Positions 26,453 to 40,562 of a stretch of 64,000 nucleotides of DNA are shown here, in pieces. The position numbers were made by a program, and so were the translations under genes. Each line of letters opens with the position of its first letter. The stretch's first letter is position 1. The notes below the pieces were generated by a model. That model saw only the letters and a program-made list of their open reading frames with translations, had not been told where the DNA came from and did no database searches. This stretch comes from Octopus vulgaris (Eukaryota), in contig OX597826.1 of the NCBI GenBank assembly GCA_951406725.2, positions 44,330,001-44,394,000 on the forward strand. Direction: 5' to 3'.

Positions 26453-26765
26453 AGGCGGGTGGCTTAGTGGTTAGGGTATTCGACTCACGATTGTAAGGTC
26501 GTGTTTTCGATTTCCGACATTGCTGTCTGTCCTTGAACAAGACATTTTATTTCAGGTTGCAGGTAAAAATGAGTAGTACGTGTATTTCAAAAGGTCAGTC
26601 TTGTCACATTCTGCGTCACACAAGATCTCCCTGACAACTATGAAAAAACTTCTCAGGTAGAACTCTGTAGAGCGCTCAGATACTTGCACGTTAGTTTCAC
26701 AAGCAGTCTATTCTGTTAATCGGATCAGCTAGAACACTGATCATTGTAACGGACGAAGTGCCAGT
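26453..26765 (+). mobile_element. tRNA/CORE-like SINE with a different tail (family D)
   Basis: Head 'ggcgggtggcttagtggttagg...gtttcgatttcc', then 'ttgaacaagacattttatttc'. Confidence 0.7.
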
Positions 26766-26909
26766 ATGACGCACGTTATATTATAGCATGCCTGATGCCA
26801 CTCTCCACAAACAGGCGAAAGAATGGCTCGAATAAAATAAAATGTATTATAAATCTGTACCTCGGTATTAAGAACTCATTTTTCCGACTGCCAACACTAT
26901 ATAAAGTAA

Positions 26910-27235
26910 AGATTCCCTTCGATCACGATTGATCATAGTATTGCACCCAGAAAGTTCCCTCCAAGGCACTACTCCAGGCAAGGTTGTTTGTGGAAGACTA
27001 GCAGTCACTCATGCACACCAGTTTCCCCTCTGCACACCACCGATGTTGTCCAAGGGAAAAGCAAAGGACGATAAAACTTGGCGCCAGTGATGTCGCAACT
27101 CATTCCTACAGTTGAGTGAACTGGAGCAACAGGAAATAAAGTGTCTTGCTCAAGCACACAACACAACTTCGTCCAAGATTGGAATTCATAACCACACGAT
27201 TGTAAGCCCGACACTCTAACCATTGAGTCCTGCGC
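26910..27235 (-). mobile_element. SINE family C
   Basis: Homologous to 15893-16215. Confidence 0.85.
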
Positions 27236-28684
27236 AACATCATGTGTGTATGCGTTTGTGTGTGTAAATGTGTTATTACGTATATATGTGTATGTGTGCG
27301 TGCATAATTTTTAGAAAGGTTATCTAACCACGTATTGGTGAAATTAAATGTAGCACATTAAACGTTTATCCTTCATGGTTTTGTAGCAAGTTGTCCGAAA
27401 TTTTTGATTAAAATTATTTCTTAGTTGTTAGTACATAGCATTGGTTCTCAAAACAATTTAGTAGAAAATTTTATTTCTACGTAAAATGGTATCATGTTCT
27501 GTATCATGCTCTTCAGTATTATCTCAAGTTGCATGCATGCTTATTTTCAGAACGAAAAGGAGAAAGAAAACATGCAAAATGAATATCCAATGACAAGACA
27601 AAAGCTCTTTGGTTGGATCACATCATATTAAGTGAATCGGTAGTATCAAATAACGAGATTTAACATCCAGATAACATCTTATCAAAGAACCAGATTTAAG
27701 AAATCCAAATGCTTTAATACGCACTTCACTCACCCTCTTTTTGAAGCTCTTAATAGTTATAGAACTATAAAGGTTTACTATACTTGATTGGCAAGTCGTC
27801 TGTAACGTATGATATACTCGCTTTATGATGTGGTTAATTTAAAATACTGAAATATATATGTGTTCGATTGAAAATGAATTTTGCTTACATCACCAACAGT
27901 CTAGGACATGAACCTGGCATTCGTCCGCCAGTGAAGTAACATGATAGACACCATGTCCATTGTGATCAGAGTATATTTCATTTGGCTCCTTTTAGCTTCC
28001 GTCTACCAAATCCATTCGCAGTGCTATACGTGAGAATGAAGTGCTTGCTCAAGAGCCACAACGCACCGAACGGTCTGGAATCATCTGGTTGGGAAACAAG
28101 ATCCTTACCACACAACCTGAATGCAACATCCTTAACCAGTATGTATACCTTGCGAGCACACAAGTCACAAACAACTGTGTTGAACGATCATTATGTTAAA
28201 GGTGCCCAGGATTCCAAATGGTGGTGTTTAAACGGGTCAGTAATTAAAGGACCATTCTAAGATTAAGCTAACCACTTGAGATTAGGTGAATATTTAGGCG
28301 TGGGTATGGAAGCCCGGTCATGCGAGCACACATGTCACAGCATACAAGTTACTACAATATGTACAAATAAATATATGAACTAGGGATAGTTGATGGAGGG
28401 GAGTGTGTGTATTGTGTGACGTGTGTGTGTAAATGTTAAAAAAAAATGGAGTTTTGATCAACATGAAACAAATTGACGTTTTCGTTTTCTCGTTGAGTTC
28501 CACGTCTATTTGTGGTGTCCTGTATTATTTTTTAATATATATATTTATATGCATGTACATGTATACATGTAGATGTAGGTACATACATATATGTATGTAT
28601 GTATGCATATATTTTATTTATTAATTGCCTGTTGCATCGAACGGCCCTCGCGTCGTTTCGTTTCTCTTCCCTGTTCTCCAAGTA

Positions 28685-28722
<38 letters not shown>

Positions 28723-28829
28723 CTCTAAAGTAACGAACTTTGTCAAATGTCATTTTTATATGGTAAGATTCGACGAATATTATTTTCGAAATTTTCCAGC
28801 GTGAGTGTTGTCGTTGTTTCCCCATGCTT

Positions 28830-29150
28830 AAGGTGGGGAAGCGTGTGATTGAAAAATGAACTGTGACGAAAAAAATTGAGAAGACATTTGTCACCGTGCA
28901 GGTGCGTTTTCCTCAGAGGAGAAGGCCAGGCAACAATCCGTGGCCTGAGTATCAGTAGATAAAATGATCTTCCTACCTTTTACCTTGGAAGACGTGCCTA
29001 CAGAGTGAGGGTGGAGGAGATACCACCAGAGGTGGATGTTTAGAAAGTGACAGTCCTCCTGGCCGTGAGAGTACTGGCGAGAAACTAGATAGGGCAAGGC
29101 TTGGAAATAGTGATCCAGGTTGCCCCAGATACCTTGGGTAGACTACAAAA
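28830..29150 (+). mobile_element. Degenerate LINE ORF1 fragment, same family as 1-410
   Basis: Frame-hopping translation 'FVTVQV(R)FSSEEKARQQSV...KMIFLP(T)YLGRRAYRVRVEEIPPEVDV'. Confidence 0.45.
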
Positions 29151-29708
29151 GAAGTATCAGGCCGATTTTGAAAGAAAATCTATGGCAATTGTTAAACAAG
29201 TGGATACAACTACATACATTTGACTCACATTGTAAATACATACATACATACATACATATATACATACATACATACATACATAACATACATAATATATACA
29301 TATATATATACATACACGAACTCAAAAAGAAACGCGACTTTCCTTTCAAATAAGTTCTTTTTTATATGGTAAATTCTGAAAATTTATTTCATATATGTGA
29401 TTTGCAAGTGTAAACCAAGTGTAAACCAAGACATGCTGAATTTATAACATTTCAGTGACACAAATTGCAGGTAACCTTCAATCATATATATATCCCTGAA
29501 ACGAGACGCACACATATACATACAGCTGCGTTGAGTGCCGTGGGTGACACGTCGCAAACACATTGTCATGACACACACACGCATACACACACACACAGAG
29601 TGTTGGGTATGCGAATGCCATAGTCAAATAATTACTGACTACTTATTTCTGTTAAGACTTTTCCGTCACTTTTGTACTATTCACACGGCTTTTCTTTAAA
29701 CTGACTAG

Positions 29709-29766
<58 letters not shown>

Positions 29767-30665
29767 TATGTGTGTGTGTTTGTGTGTGTGTATGTATATA
29801 TATGTATATATATATATGTATATGTATGTGTGTGTATATATATATATATGTATATATGAAGCAACGTCCTTGTAATGAAATGCGGTATTTAAATGTACGA
29901 ATGGAATATAATATATCAAGATCCTTCCGTTTACACATATCCTAATACTTCTAAATGGTTTCTCTTTTATCCAGCTATACAGATATATTGCGTTATTTCG
30001 TACTTTCCACTATTCAAGAATAGATGATAGAACAAAAGCTTCATTAAATAATAATGAATGAATATATTCAAGAAAGAACCGTTATACATCAGTATAAAAT
30101 AAATGAATCTGTATAAAAGGGATGATATATTTCAATGAGAAAGTCTATTGTTGATAATAAGAGTGCAATTTGAGAAAGAATTATAATACATAATGCGATT
30201 GCTTCTTACCGCTACAAATGTTATAAGAGGTAATAGACATCTATAGAAATATCCAAACTTCCATTCATAAATTTGTAACGACAGCAACCTTTAACTCTAT
30301 TAACTTAATTAGATGGATTACCTATGATTATATATTATATATAGTTTGAGCCAACGTACATTTATATCTCATCTCGTTCCCTTCACTTTAGATAGTCAAA
30401 AGGTTATCTAATCTCCTTCTCTCGTTTCGACAATACCTTTTTGTTCACTTCATATTTTCCCTTTAAAATTCACTGCCCGTTTTCCTTTCTTTAATAAGTA
30501 TTTTTCCTTGTTTATACTTCACATTTCAGTCGGCCATACTGGCGCAGCGCCTTGAAAAGTTTGGTCGAATTTTTATATCGTATCTTTTTGTTGACCCTCT
30601 GAGTTGCAGGGACGTAAAAGAACTAAAACCGTTACCAATCGGGATGTGAGCAAATACAAACACAA

Positions 30666-30753
<88 letters not shown>

Positions 30754-30974
30754 TGTTTAGAAGTTACGTCTCACCCACATGATTCCAGGTTCAGTTCCAT
30801 TGCGTGGCATTTAGCGCAGGTGGCCTCTGCCTTAGTCATGGACTGACCAGACCTTGTGAGTGGATTTGGTCAGTGGAAACTGAAAGAAGCCTTCATATGC
30901 ATACATACATATGTATATAAGTATGTACATATATATATACATACATATACAAATATATATATATATATATATAT

Positions 30975-31640
30975 TGTTGAGATCATTCTTTTCTTAAATA
31001 GAAATATTACATTTCTAAATCTCTCAGACAGATTTATGCAGTAGTGATACGATAAATTAATATGCTGTCAACTTAATGTGACAGTCCTATGAAGGGAATA
31101 ATACTACTGCTATTTAGCCCTAGGAAGCAGCACTTCTTCCTATCAACCTTGACACATTTTCTGTGTCCTTATGTTTACAAAGGGAGATAAGCACCTCCAC
31201 CCAGCAAAGCCAGCAGCCAGAGACTAGTTTCTGAGTCATTGCTCGTCTTCAGTCTGGAGTAGCATGGCTTGCTAGTTGGAGATGCCTATCTACCCCTTGT
31301 AGCCCGTTTGCATTTTCGTGCTCATAACTTCTATACCCGCTCCCGCTGCTTCCCTGATTTTGCCCACTATTTTCATTCTCGCGCCTGCGTCTCCCATACC
31401 AGCGCCTGCAGTTTGATGATTGCGCTCACGACTTTTCTTTCGCTCTCGTTGATTCCATGCTAATGCCGCGGCTTTCATTAAGCGCCCATGACTTCCTAAC
31501 TCACACACCCGTTTCCGTGCTCACGCTAACGACTTCTACACTCGCGCCCGCGGCATCCATGCTCAATATCTCAGAATCATGTCTTCTCCACACTTACAGT
31601 AAATAAAATTTTTCCTATCCTACTAAACACAGGATTTTAC
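30975..31640. mobile_element. Unclassified GC-richer repeat-like insertion next to (TA)n containing an HHR
   Basis: Abrupt composition change, internal imperfect 'gctcacgact/gcgcc' repeats, AATAAA near 31602 and an HHR at 31217-31257. Confidence 0.4.
31217..31257 (-). ncRNA. Minimal type I hammerhead ribozyme
   Basis: Reverse complement: ccaga-CTGAAGA-c gag caatga ctc a-GAAAC-ta-GTC-tctgg. Stem I is a perfect 5 bp, stem III is the palindrome ACTAGT, and stem II has a C-A mismatch at its base. Confidence 0.75.
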
Positions 31641-32309
31641 TTTATCTCTTGAGGTTATTTTCATAAACTATTTCTAAAATGGTAAACAAATTTAGTTAAT
31701 AGTTTTAACGATGCAAATAAATTATTTTTCCGATTTTTAAATAATTAACTACTCAAGATTATTTTTAACATGAACAGTATATTTTCAATAGTTTAGAATG
31801 TTCGTTAGTTCACATTTAATTCATGTCATTAATATTAATATAATATCAACTATTATTTTGATCACTTTCAGCAGTTTCATGCGAGTTTCTGTTGCATCTT
31901 CTGTTGCACCTGCGCATTATTTATTACATTTACTTTGCTTTCTTCTAGAGTTTTTTTTTTTTTTGCTGTTTTGATTTACTGTTTTGTGTAGAACATGTGC
32001 TGTGCGAGTATCATTAATGTACTTGATGGCGATCGGGTTATGTATATATATGTGTTACGCGAACTGAGTTATATGATTGTGCTATGTTTTTGTGGCGTGT
32101 GTGTTTGTGTGTGTGAGTGTGTGTTTGTTTGTTATATATTATCGTGCCAAAGTGATGAGGATGGCATGTATACATGTTTTGTGTGAGTCGTGTTCTATGT
32201 TAAGGTGTCGACTGGTGATGTGTTTTGTGTGCGTGATTTATTATTATTTCTCATGGAAAAAATACTTTCCGCCATTTGTTTTTGCTTTTCCCACTTCATG
32301 TTCAAGTCC

Positions 32310-33310
32310 CTCCATCGTCAACTTCACGTTTCATCATCCAAGGTTAATAAAATAGAGTACTAATCAAGTACTGGGACGATTTAATTGACTAAACTCTGTC
32401 CTGAAATTTCTAGCCCTACCCTTTGTTAGAAATAGTTATTACTATTAGATCTTCAGAATCGGTAGAGTGCCGAGCAAACTATTTTGCGTTATCTCTTTCT
32501 GTTCCTTACATTCAAGGTTCGAATCCGGTTGTGGTCATGTTTAAATTTCATTCTTCTGAATTCAATCGAATCTGTTAATAGTCACGCTGTGAGTTTATTC
32601 AGTGAACTAATCCCTGCCCCGCACATGTCAGTCCTTGTATATATTATTGGGAACAATTATTATATAGATCAGAGCGTCAGAAAAAAATACCTTGCGATAT
32701 TTATTCCGGCTCTTTACATAGTGATTTCAAATCACAGAATGTAAAGAGATCAACTTAGTCTTTCAACTTTTCATTTGCAATCTAATAAAGTACCAGTTAT
32801 ATAAGGGAGATGATTTGAACGATGAAAACCTTTTCTTTCCCCTCTCAATGTCAAAAATTCCTTTGGTTTTGAACCAATGTTAGAAACTTTTATTATTACT
32901 ATTTGAGTTCGCAGGCCCGTTAGCGTGTCGGACAAAGCGCCTACCGCTATTTCTTTTGGCACTTATCTGATTTCAAATCTCTCTAAGGTCAACTTTTCAT
33001 TTCTCTCCTACAGGTTCAATAAAATGAAATGCTAATCAATGGTAATGGTTCGATGAAATTGGTTACTTCTTTCTGCCAAATCTCTGGTCTTGTCCTTGTG
33101 TTGACTTCAAATTTTGACACAAGGTCAGCAATTTCCAGTGAGACAGCTAATCTATTACTTGGACACCAGTGATCAACTTGTAGTTATTTTATCACCCTGA
33201 AAATATGAAAGGCAAAGTCGGAATCGACGGAATTTGATTTCAGAACATCTCTACGGACCAAATACCTCTGCACAGTTTGTGCTAAAGATTCTGCCCTGTC
33301 ATGCCCTTAT
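32310..33310. mobile_element. Cluster of old, diverged SINE family A copies
   Basis: Recurrent degenerate core motifs (aagtaccag, ggcaaagtcg, tcaaat). Confidence 0.55.
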
Positions 33311-33488
33311 ATTAAAAAATTTTCCGGGTTTCTTCTGCATTTTTCTGTATTGGAAACACTGCTTTCTGTGTTCGTGAGACGTTTGCAGCTTTCTATTTTC
33401 GAAATGTAGACCTGTGTTACTTTACTATACCAGTTTTGCTTTGTTACGGAGATTACCTAGTATTTTATTTCCGGTGGTGCCATATATT

Positions 33489-34029
33489 ATTTTTTTTATT
33501 TATACGCCCTTTTCAAGCCTAGCCAGGCTCATGAGCCCGGTTTCCCGGTGTCTACGGCGTATGTGTTCCCCCCCAGCTGAACGTGACGCCAGTCCATCGC
33601 AGCGTTACTCAAGAAAGAGGAAGAAAGAGTGAGAGAAAGTTGGGGCGAAAGAGTACAACAGGGGTCGCCATCAGCTCTGGCGGAGCCTCGTGGAGCTTTA
33701 GGTGTTTTCGCTCAAATCGAAACCGCGATCCTCCGACTTCGAGTCCGCTGCCCTAGCCACTGGGCCATTGCGCCTCCCCTACACTCTTTTAAAGCCTAGC
33801 CAGGCTTATGGGCCCGGTTTCCCGGTTTCAATGCCGTATGTTTTTCCCAGCTGGACGGGTCGCCAGTCCATCGCAGCGTTACTCATTTTTGACAGCTGAG
33901 TGGACTGGAGTAACGTGAAATGAAGTGTTTTGCTCAAGAAAACAACGCGTCACACGGTCTAGGAATCGAAACCACAATCTTACAATCATGATGCTGACAC
34001 ACTAACCACTAAGCCACGTGCCTCCACGA
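33489..34029 (-). mobile_element. Tandem pair of tRNA SINEs with V-domain-like tails (family E)
   Basis: Two heads ('ggaggc(g/a)c..tggc..agtgg') and tails 'gcgatggactggcg..ccgggaaaccgggc'. An imperfect 11-bp duplication tg(c/t)catatatt flanks the pair. Confidence 0.8.
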
Positions 34030-34874
34030 TGTCATATATTGGCTATGCAAATATTTGTTTATGCGTGCATGTGTGTGTGTGTAATATTTTATTTTACTGT
34101 CTGTTCATCGTGTTGACTATGTGTTGAGCGAGAAGTGATATTTACTTGTGTGGTGATTGTATATGCATGTGTTGTCTGCATATAGTGTACTGTTTGCTTT
34201 CTAGTATTCAGCTGACCGAGCCTTGTCTGAGATATGCCTGAACAAGTAGAACTATGCCTGTAACGTTGTGATAATAGTGTGCAGCCAAGTGGTTACGCTC
34301 TTCGATTTGCGATCGTAAGGTTGGCTGAGCAGTCGACTACAAAATAGTGCAGCACCTTGCACTCTTGGTCGAAGCTCTTAATTGCATACTTTTTCAGTTC
34401 ACTCGTCTGAAAATGAATTGCAACTGTTCTAGAGTATTTTCTCAAAAGGCTATTATCCCAAAATCTTGATAGCACAATGGAATAACTCCTCTTGCTGGCT
34501 ACAACGCACTAGCAGATTATGTAAATTTGTGAGTTCGGCTATGTTTGTATTAATTTCTTTTTATCATACCTAGACATCCAATAATTACTGGTGCTCTTTA
34601 TTTTTTATGTTAATGCCCTACATGTTGTTTCTCGTAAAATCTGAGATGCTAGATTTTAATATTTACTTACTCCGTCACCACTCCTTTCAGACAACGTTTC
34701 TGCCAGAAGAGATTGTGATGTCTGTTACCGTGCAGATAATGCAACTTTGATCTCATCATCAGTTTCGATAGGCTTAACCCAGATGATTAATGACACATTT
34801 AGAATGCTAATATAGTATATGTCAACATATTTCTAAGGAAAGTACAAAATGGTACATCTTGTAATCATTATTAT

Positions 34875-35770
34875 GGCGGTTCTGAGTTCAAATTCCGCCG
34901 AGGTCGACTTGGCCTTTCATCCTTTCGGGGTCGATTGAATCGATTGAATCCGTTTGGCTGTCCTTGTTTGTCCTCTCTGTGTTCAGCACCTTGTGGGTAG
35001 TAAAGAAATAGGGATTTCGTCTGCCGCTACGTTCTGAGTTCAAATTCCGCCGAGGTCGACTTTGCCTTTTATCCTTTCGGGGTCGATTAAATAAGTACCA
35101 GTTACGCACTGGGGTCGGTATTATCGACTTAATCCGTTTGTCTGTCCTTGTTTGTCCCATCTGTATGTAGCCCCTTGTGGATAGTAAAGAAATTAGAATC
35201 GTAAGCGTACTGGGCGAAATGATTCGTGATATTTCGCCCGTTGGTTCGTTCTGCGTTTATATTCCGTCGAAGTCGACTTTATCTTCCATCCATTCGGGCT
35301 CGATAAAATAAGTACCAGTTAAACAACGGGGTTGATGTAATCGACACATTCCCTCCCCCAAAATTGCTGCCGATGTGACAAAAATTGAGACCGTTTCGTC
35401 CGTCGCTACGTTCTGAGTTCAAATTCCTCCGAGGTCAACTTTGACTTTCATATTTCCGGGGTCGAAAAATTAAGTACCAGTTGAGTACTGGGATTGATGA
35501 GATCGACTGTCCCCCTCCTGTCAAAATCCAGGCCGTGTGCCTATAATAGAAAGGATTATTATGTCAGCCTTGTTTAAAGACGGCGAACTGGCAGAATCGT
35601 TAGCTCGTTGGACGAAATGCTTAGCGGTATTTCGTCTGCCGCTACGTTCTGTGTTCAAATTCCGCCGAAGTCGACTTTGCCTTTCATCCTTTCGGGTCAA
35701 TAAATTAAGCACCAGTTGTGTACTGGGGTTAATGTAATCGACTACTCCCTTCCCCTATAGTAGAAAGGTC
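34875..35770 (+). mobile_element. SINE family A cluster (about 5 units) inserted in the R4/Dong LINE
   Basis: Repeated core and two different tail types. Confidence 0.9.
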
Positions 35771-35837
35771 TATTTTGTCAACCTTTTATATCGAAGCGTC
35801 GGCATATTGCCCAGTGCATATAACTGCAAACTCGTTT

Positions 35838-35874
<37 letters not shown>

Positions 35875-36450
35875 AATAAACTCGGATTGATAAGAACTAG
35901 GTACTCTGAGATGTATCCAACTATTTTCATTGTGTACACTTGACATCTTTTTTTCCTTATCACGATAAATTAAGTGTCTAACACTGACATGTTGACTCTC
36001 TATCAGATCTCCCGGGATATTGGCTATGGCATGGATTCTTCAATATTTTTTTTCAATCTGCTTTGATTTCTTCCTTTGTTTTTAAACAATTTCTTTTTTG
36101 TTCTTCCATTTTTTTATGCTAGTGTATTAGTTTTCCAGTTTATACCTCATTTTATTTATCTATAGCAAAAGATATTTTCATGTCTCCAAATATATCTTGT
36201 AGTCCTACTGTGGTTATTTTGTATTATTTTTCTATACTTATTAGAACTCTCGCCACCGCTTATGTGCGGAGAATATATATTCTCTGTATATCATCTATGG
36301 TATGGTGTCTGCAAAGTACTGTCAGTGGCGTCTTGGTTCCTATTTAGGTTTTAAGCACTTTAATACACTTAAATTCCAATTATGTGAAAGCCGTATTTTA
36401 TAACGGGTGGTTAGAGTTGAATATGGTATTCAATACCAGAATGACCCTTA

Positions 36451-36645
36451 AGGCAGCGAGCTGGCAGAATAATTAACACTCCGAGCAAACTGCTCAGCAG
36501 CATTTCGTCCGTCTTAACGTTCTGGGTTCAAATTCCGTCGAGGTCGACTTTGCCTTTTATCCTTTCGGGGTTGATAAATTAAGTACCAGTTGAGTACTGG
36601 TGTCAATGTAACCGACTTATCCCCTCTTCGGTATGTGAAACCAAT
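36451..36645 (+). mobile_element. SINE family A
   Basis: Full head and core, flanked by the duplication 'aata..agaatgac'. Confidence 0.9.
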
Positions 36646-38089
36646 ATTAGAATGACTCTTCTGTAGTACGCTTTTAAATCTGCTACCAATTACGTACCTT
36701 TTTGTATCTTTTCAGTTTAATCCATCCTTAGGTGGCTTATATATTTGGTCCTGGACGACGGCTTTGTTGCGGATATCTAGATTATGTAATGTAATCATTT
36801 GAAGAATTTGAATTCTTTAAATGCTTATAATCTTCTGCTAAACCCCTAGCAGAATCTCTTTGGAATTTTCTTTCAAAGTTCAATCAGTCTAGAATAAAGG
36901 AACTACCAGTAATATATTCGTATGTAATCGTTTTACCAAATCTTTTTCATGCTTTATTGTTCACGTGTTTTACTCCATGGATTGCTGCAATGCTAAGGCC
37001 CTACTTTAGAGGTTTTGGTCGAACAAATCAACCCCAATAATTTTTATGACGAACATAAACAATTTAACAAGCGTTTTACTACACAATCACGTCTGCAACT
37101 AAGTATTTCATGAAAAATCTGGATTCTCTCTAGAAGAATGAAAAGAAAACTAATATATCTACGTTAAGATAGTTATCCTTCATAAATAAATGTATTTATA
37201 GTTATGTTTAAGTTGATACGTTGAAATAAACACCTATGGTTTGTTCGCACCTAACATACAAAACAATCTTTCATAATTTGATACCAATGTTTCAATAGCT
37301 ATATTTTCAATTACCTCAACGAATTTTTATTAACCTTCAGAAAGGTATATACTATTGATTACGTTTTGATATCTGATTTAAGAAACCCCATGTATTTACA
37401 GGTTTAATTTTAGTTTATCATTGGTAAGATCAACCATGGTGTTCGTGAGTGTATGTTTCCGTTTCACTTTAAAGATTCAGTGTTTGTGGAGTGTTCATGG
37501 TTTATATGAAGGCAGGCGGTAGTAATATCAATTTAGCTAAAGGCTTTAAGAGCCCTGGATTGGTTTAACACTGAACGATCGAGAAGTTTCCCTCGATGAG
37601 CTTCAGTACACTATTCGTTCACCAAATTCTATTCACAAAATTTTGAACGATGTAACGCTGTGGTAAAAAACTTGTCTAAAATTGCTCGCAGTAGAATCAA
37701 ACCGAAACCATTACAGTTGAAAAACGAACGTCTCTACCTTGGAATAATATCTATACTAAATCATTATACCTACTACGTACCGAATGAGTTAACACTTTAT
37801 CAAAAAAAAAACGAACAATTGTCTATAATTCATACTATCTAATATATATTCTTGGTTCAAAGAGAGAAACTTCCACTCCAATATTAGCGATTAATTAGAC
37901 AATCTTTTTATTGAAAAGAAAAAAGTATTGGGAAAATATATTTCGTATTCATTATTTGTTTCCTCCTAAATTCTTGGACAACAGCACTAAAGGTCACCAG
38001 AAATGCTTGCTCTCAAGTCACCGAGTATCTCCCCGAATGCACATTCATCGAAGAGGAAACTGAATGACGAGCCTCAGTCTAATATTAAA

Positions 38090-38695
38090 GTGGCAAACGC
38101 ACAAACTCGAACTAGTAATGAACTGGTGGACATGCAGTCGCAACCTAGTAACGAACTCATGAATATTCAACGTCAAACCTGTAATGTACTAGTGAACATG
38201 CAACTTTAATCTACTCTTGAACTGGGGAATATACAAGTTTAACCTAGTAATCAAATAATGATCATTCAACACAAGAGAACACAAACAACCTAGAAATGAA
38301 CTTGTGAATATAGAACTTCAAACTAGTTATAAACTAGTAAACATACAACTTTAACTAGCATTGAACTGGTGAACATTCAACACCAGTCTAGTAATGAAAC
38401 TGGTGTACATGCATATCAACCAAACAATGAACTGTTGAACATACAACTTCAACCTAGTAATGAATTGGTGAACCACTTCAATCTAATAATGATTTCAAAT
38501 TTTGGCACGAGGCCAGGGGAAGGAGTATGTTGCTTAAATCGACCCCAGTACTCAACTGGTACTCACTTTATCTACCCTGATGGGATGAAACGCAAGATCG
38601 ACCTCGGAGGTCTACATCAGGATAATAATGAACTAGTGAACATGAAACCTCAGCATATAAAATGAACTAGCAATCACAAATATTCAACCTAGTAC
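38090..38695 (+). repeat. Degenerate 33-bp minisatellite (11-aa unit QPSNELVNIQL) interrupted by a SINE A fragment (~38490-38610, minus strand)
   Basis: Recurring 'caacctagtaatgaactggtgaacatacaactt'-like units, with in-frame stops in several. Confidence 0.85.
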
Positions 38696-38773
38696 AGCTA
38701 AAATGACAAAGATTACTTTTCTTGTACTGGTCCAAGAAATACAGAGGCTCTCAAAAACTATTAACCCTTTTAG

Positions 38774-38851
38774 ATGAACTTAGATGATACTCGTTCCGTA
38801 TCTGAAACAGACATACTAGACCTCATTCAGAAAAGGTCACCCGACTGGCTG
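38774..38851 (+). CDS. Candidate 78-nt phase-0 exon (MNLDDTRSVSETDILDLIQKRSPDWL)
   Basis: Pyrimidine tract plus tag acceptor, open frame and a consensus CTG|gtaagt donor. No firm homology. Confidence 0.3.
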
Positions 38852-40066
38852 GTAAGTATCACTCATCAATCCACTTCATCATCTACACTGCAAGTATGTT
38901 TGTCTCCTTTCTTCACCCTTTTTTAAATTTTGTCCGGCATTTTCACAGCGGCTTCAGCTCTTCGAAAATGTCTGTTATCTTGCCACCTTTTCTCCTTTGG
39001 TAAGACATATTTACTTATCACTTCCTCTGTTGTCACCTATATTGTGTCCACTCCATAGACCCTGCAATATCAACATCGAATTCTTCCTCTCGAGATTAAC
39101 ATCCCTCTAGTAATCCATCCCAGCACAGGTTCCTGCAGCTGTGACAATGCGATTTTTGAGAGGATTCAACAGTATCGAAGGTTTACGAGTGCCATGACAA
39201 TCTCTTCCGGAAAGACTATAGCAATGTAAACAATACTATAGTTTTAGATTTGAACATTTTATGGAAAATAGAATGAAATAGGTTCCGTTCCCATTATTAG
39301 CTGACAACCCCGATCCACCAGGAATCGATAATCAGGTTCAATTTCACAGTAAAAATGGTTTGAAAATATATTATTAAAACAATTATTTTTTGTGCAATTG
39401 ACACTCCTAATAATTTCAAACAATTAGTAATTTTACATTTTCTAAAATATTATTTACTTTCTCGCAATTTAGCCTATTTTCACTCCTTGAATTTGTCGTG
39501 TAATCTGTTTACACCTCATCACAGCTTTTCCTTCAATTGAGCTACCAACAAAATTAATGATAGAAAAATATTCCTTGGCAGCCGCAACTTATACGATTTT
39601 AGATTTGTTTTTAACTTTCTTCCCTTCAATAGAAATTTTATTGATATTATTCAATTAGATCTACATTACTGCCATATTTTTTTTTATATGGATGAAATAT
39701 TTTTCTTGGTATTCCTTTGCGAATTTTCTCGCCTTTCTTCTCCAGTAAGTTTTCACCTTTTCAAAAATTGTAATCTCATCTCAAACAGAATATGCCATAT
39801 GATATGACCTGATGTTAAAAGAAAAATTTCATACATTTTAAATTAAATTATTTACTCTGTTTGCATTCCTCCGCCGTATATTCAAGAAAGTTTTGGTTCC
39901 CGTCAGTCTAGGTGACGTTACTCTAATTGTGAAGATTCAAGAATTTTCATCCAACCTTTTTTCTTATCCCTTCAATCGTACTTACGTATATGCATACATT
40001 CAGACACACATACGCACACACAACTCACGCACACATACATATATACCAAAATGTTGTGTACAGATG

Positions 40067-40139
<73 letters not shown>

Positions 40140-40177
40140 GTCTGTCTGTACGTCTGTTTGACTCTCTCTCTCTCTCA

Positions 40178-40217
<40 letters not shown>

Positions 40218-40219
<2 letters not shown>

Positions 40220-40490
40220 CTGTAATATCGTATGTTTTCCGTCCTTGTTTCGTATACATTCGTTGCTTTTTTCCAAGGCATCTAATACTCTTAGCTTAGT
40301 TTTTCCTTGGGGCTGGCCAAATTGGAACAGTCTCAAGATTAATCAGCCGAAATTGCGAGGATGATCTGGTTCTTGACTGATGGTAAAATGCTTCGAATGA
40401 TCCGTCCGTTCTTTTTTTTGTATCTTCTATCTGGATGTTTTGTTGTCCCGTTTTGCGTTCTTGTCCCATTTTGTATTTTATTTTATATAA
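40218..40490 (+). mobile_element. Short non-coding element with T-rich tail inserted in (TA)n, PLE-pLTR-like
   Basis: Bounded by microsatellites, with only a degenerate HHR-like stem 'ggctg...cagccGAAA'. Confidence 0.4.
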
Positions 40491-40494
40491 ATAT

Positions 40495-40562
<68 letters not shown>

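Larger units (their letters stand above)
34490..36770 (-). mobile_element. Old R4/Dong-type (RLE) LINE fragmented by SINE insertions
   Basis: Ordered degenerate motifs on the minus strand: 'RFKSVLQ', 'PVIKYGF', 'LTVLCRHHTIDDIQRIYILR', 'YKITTVGLQ', 'RVCSYMHWAICRRFDIK', 'IIWVKPIETDDEIK', 'DITISSGRNV' and 'APVIIGCLGMIK'. Confidence 0.7.
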
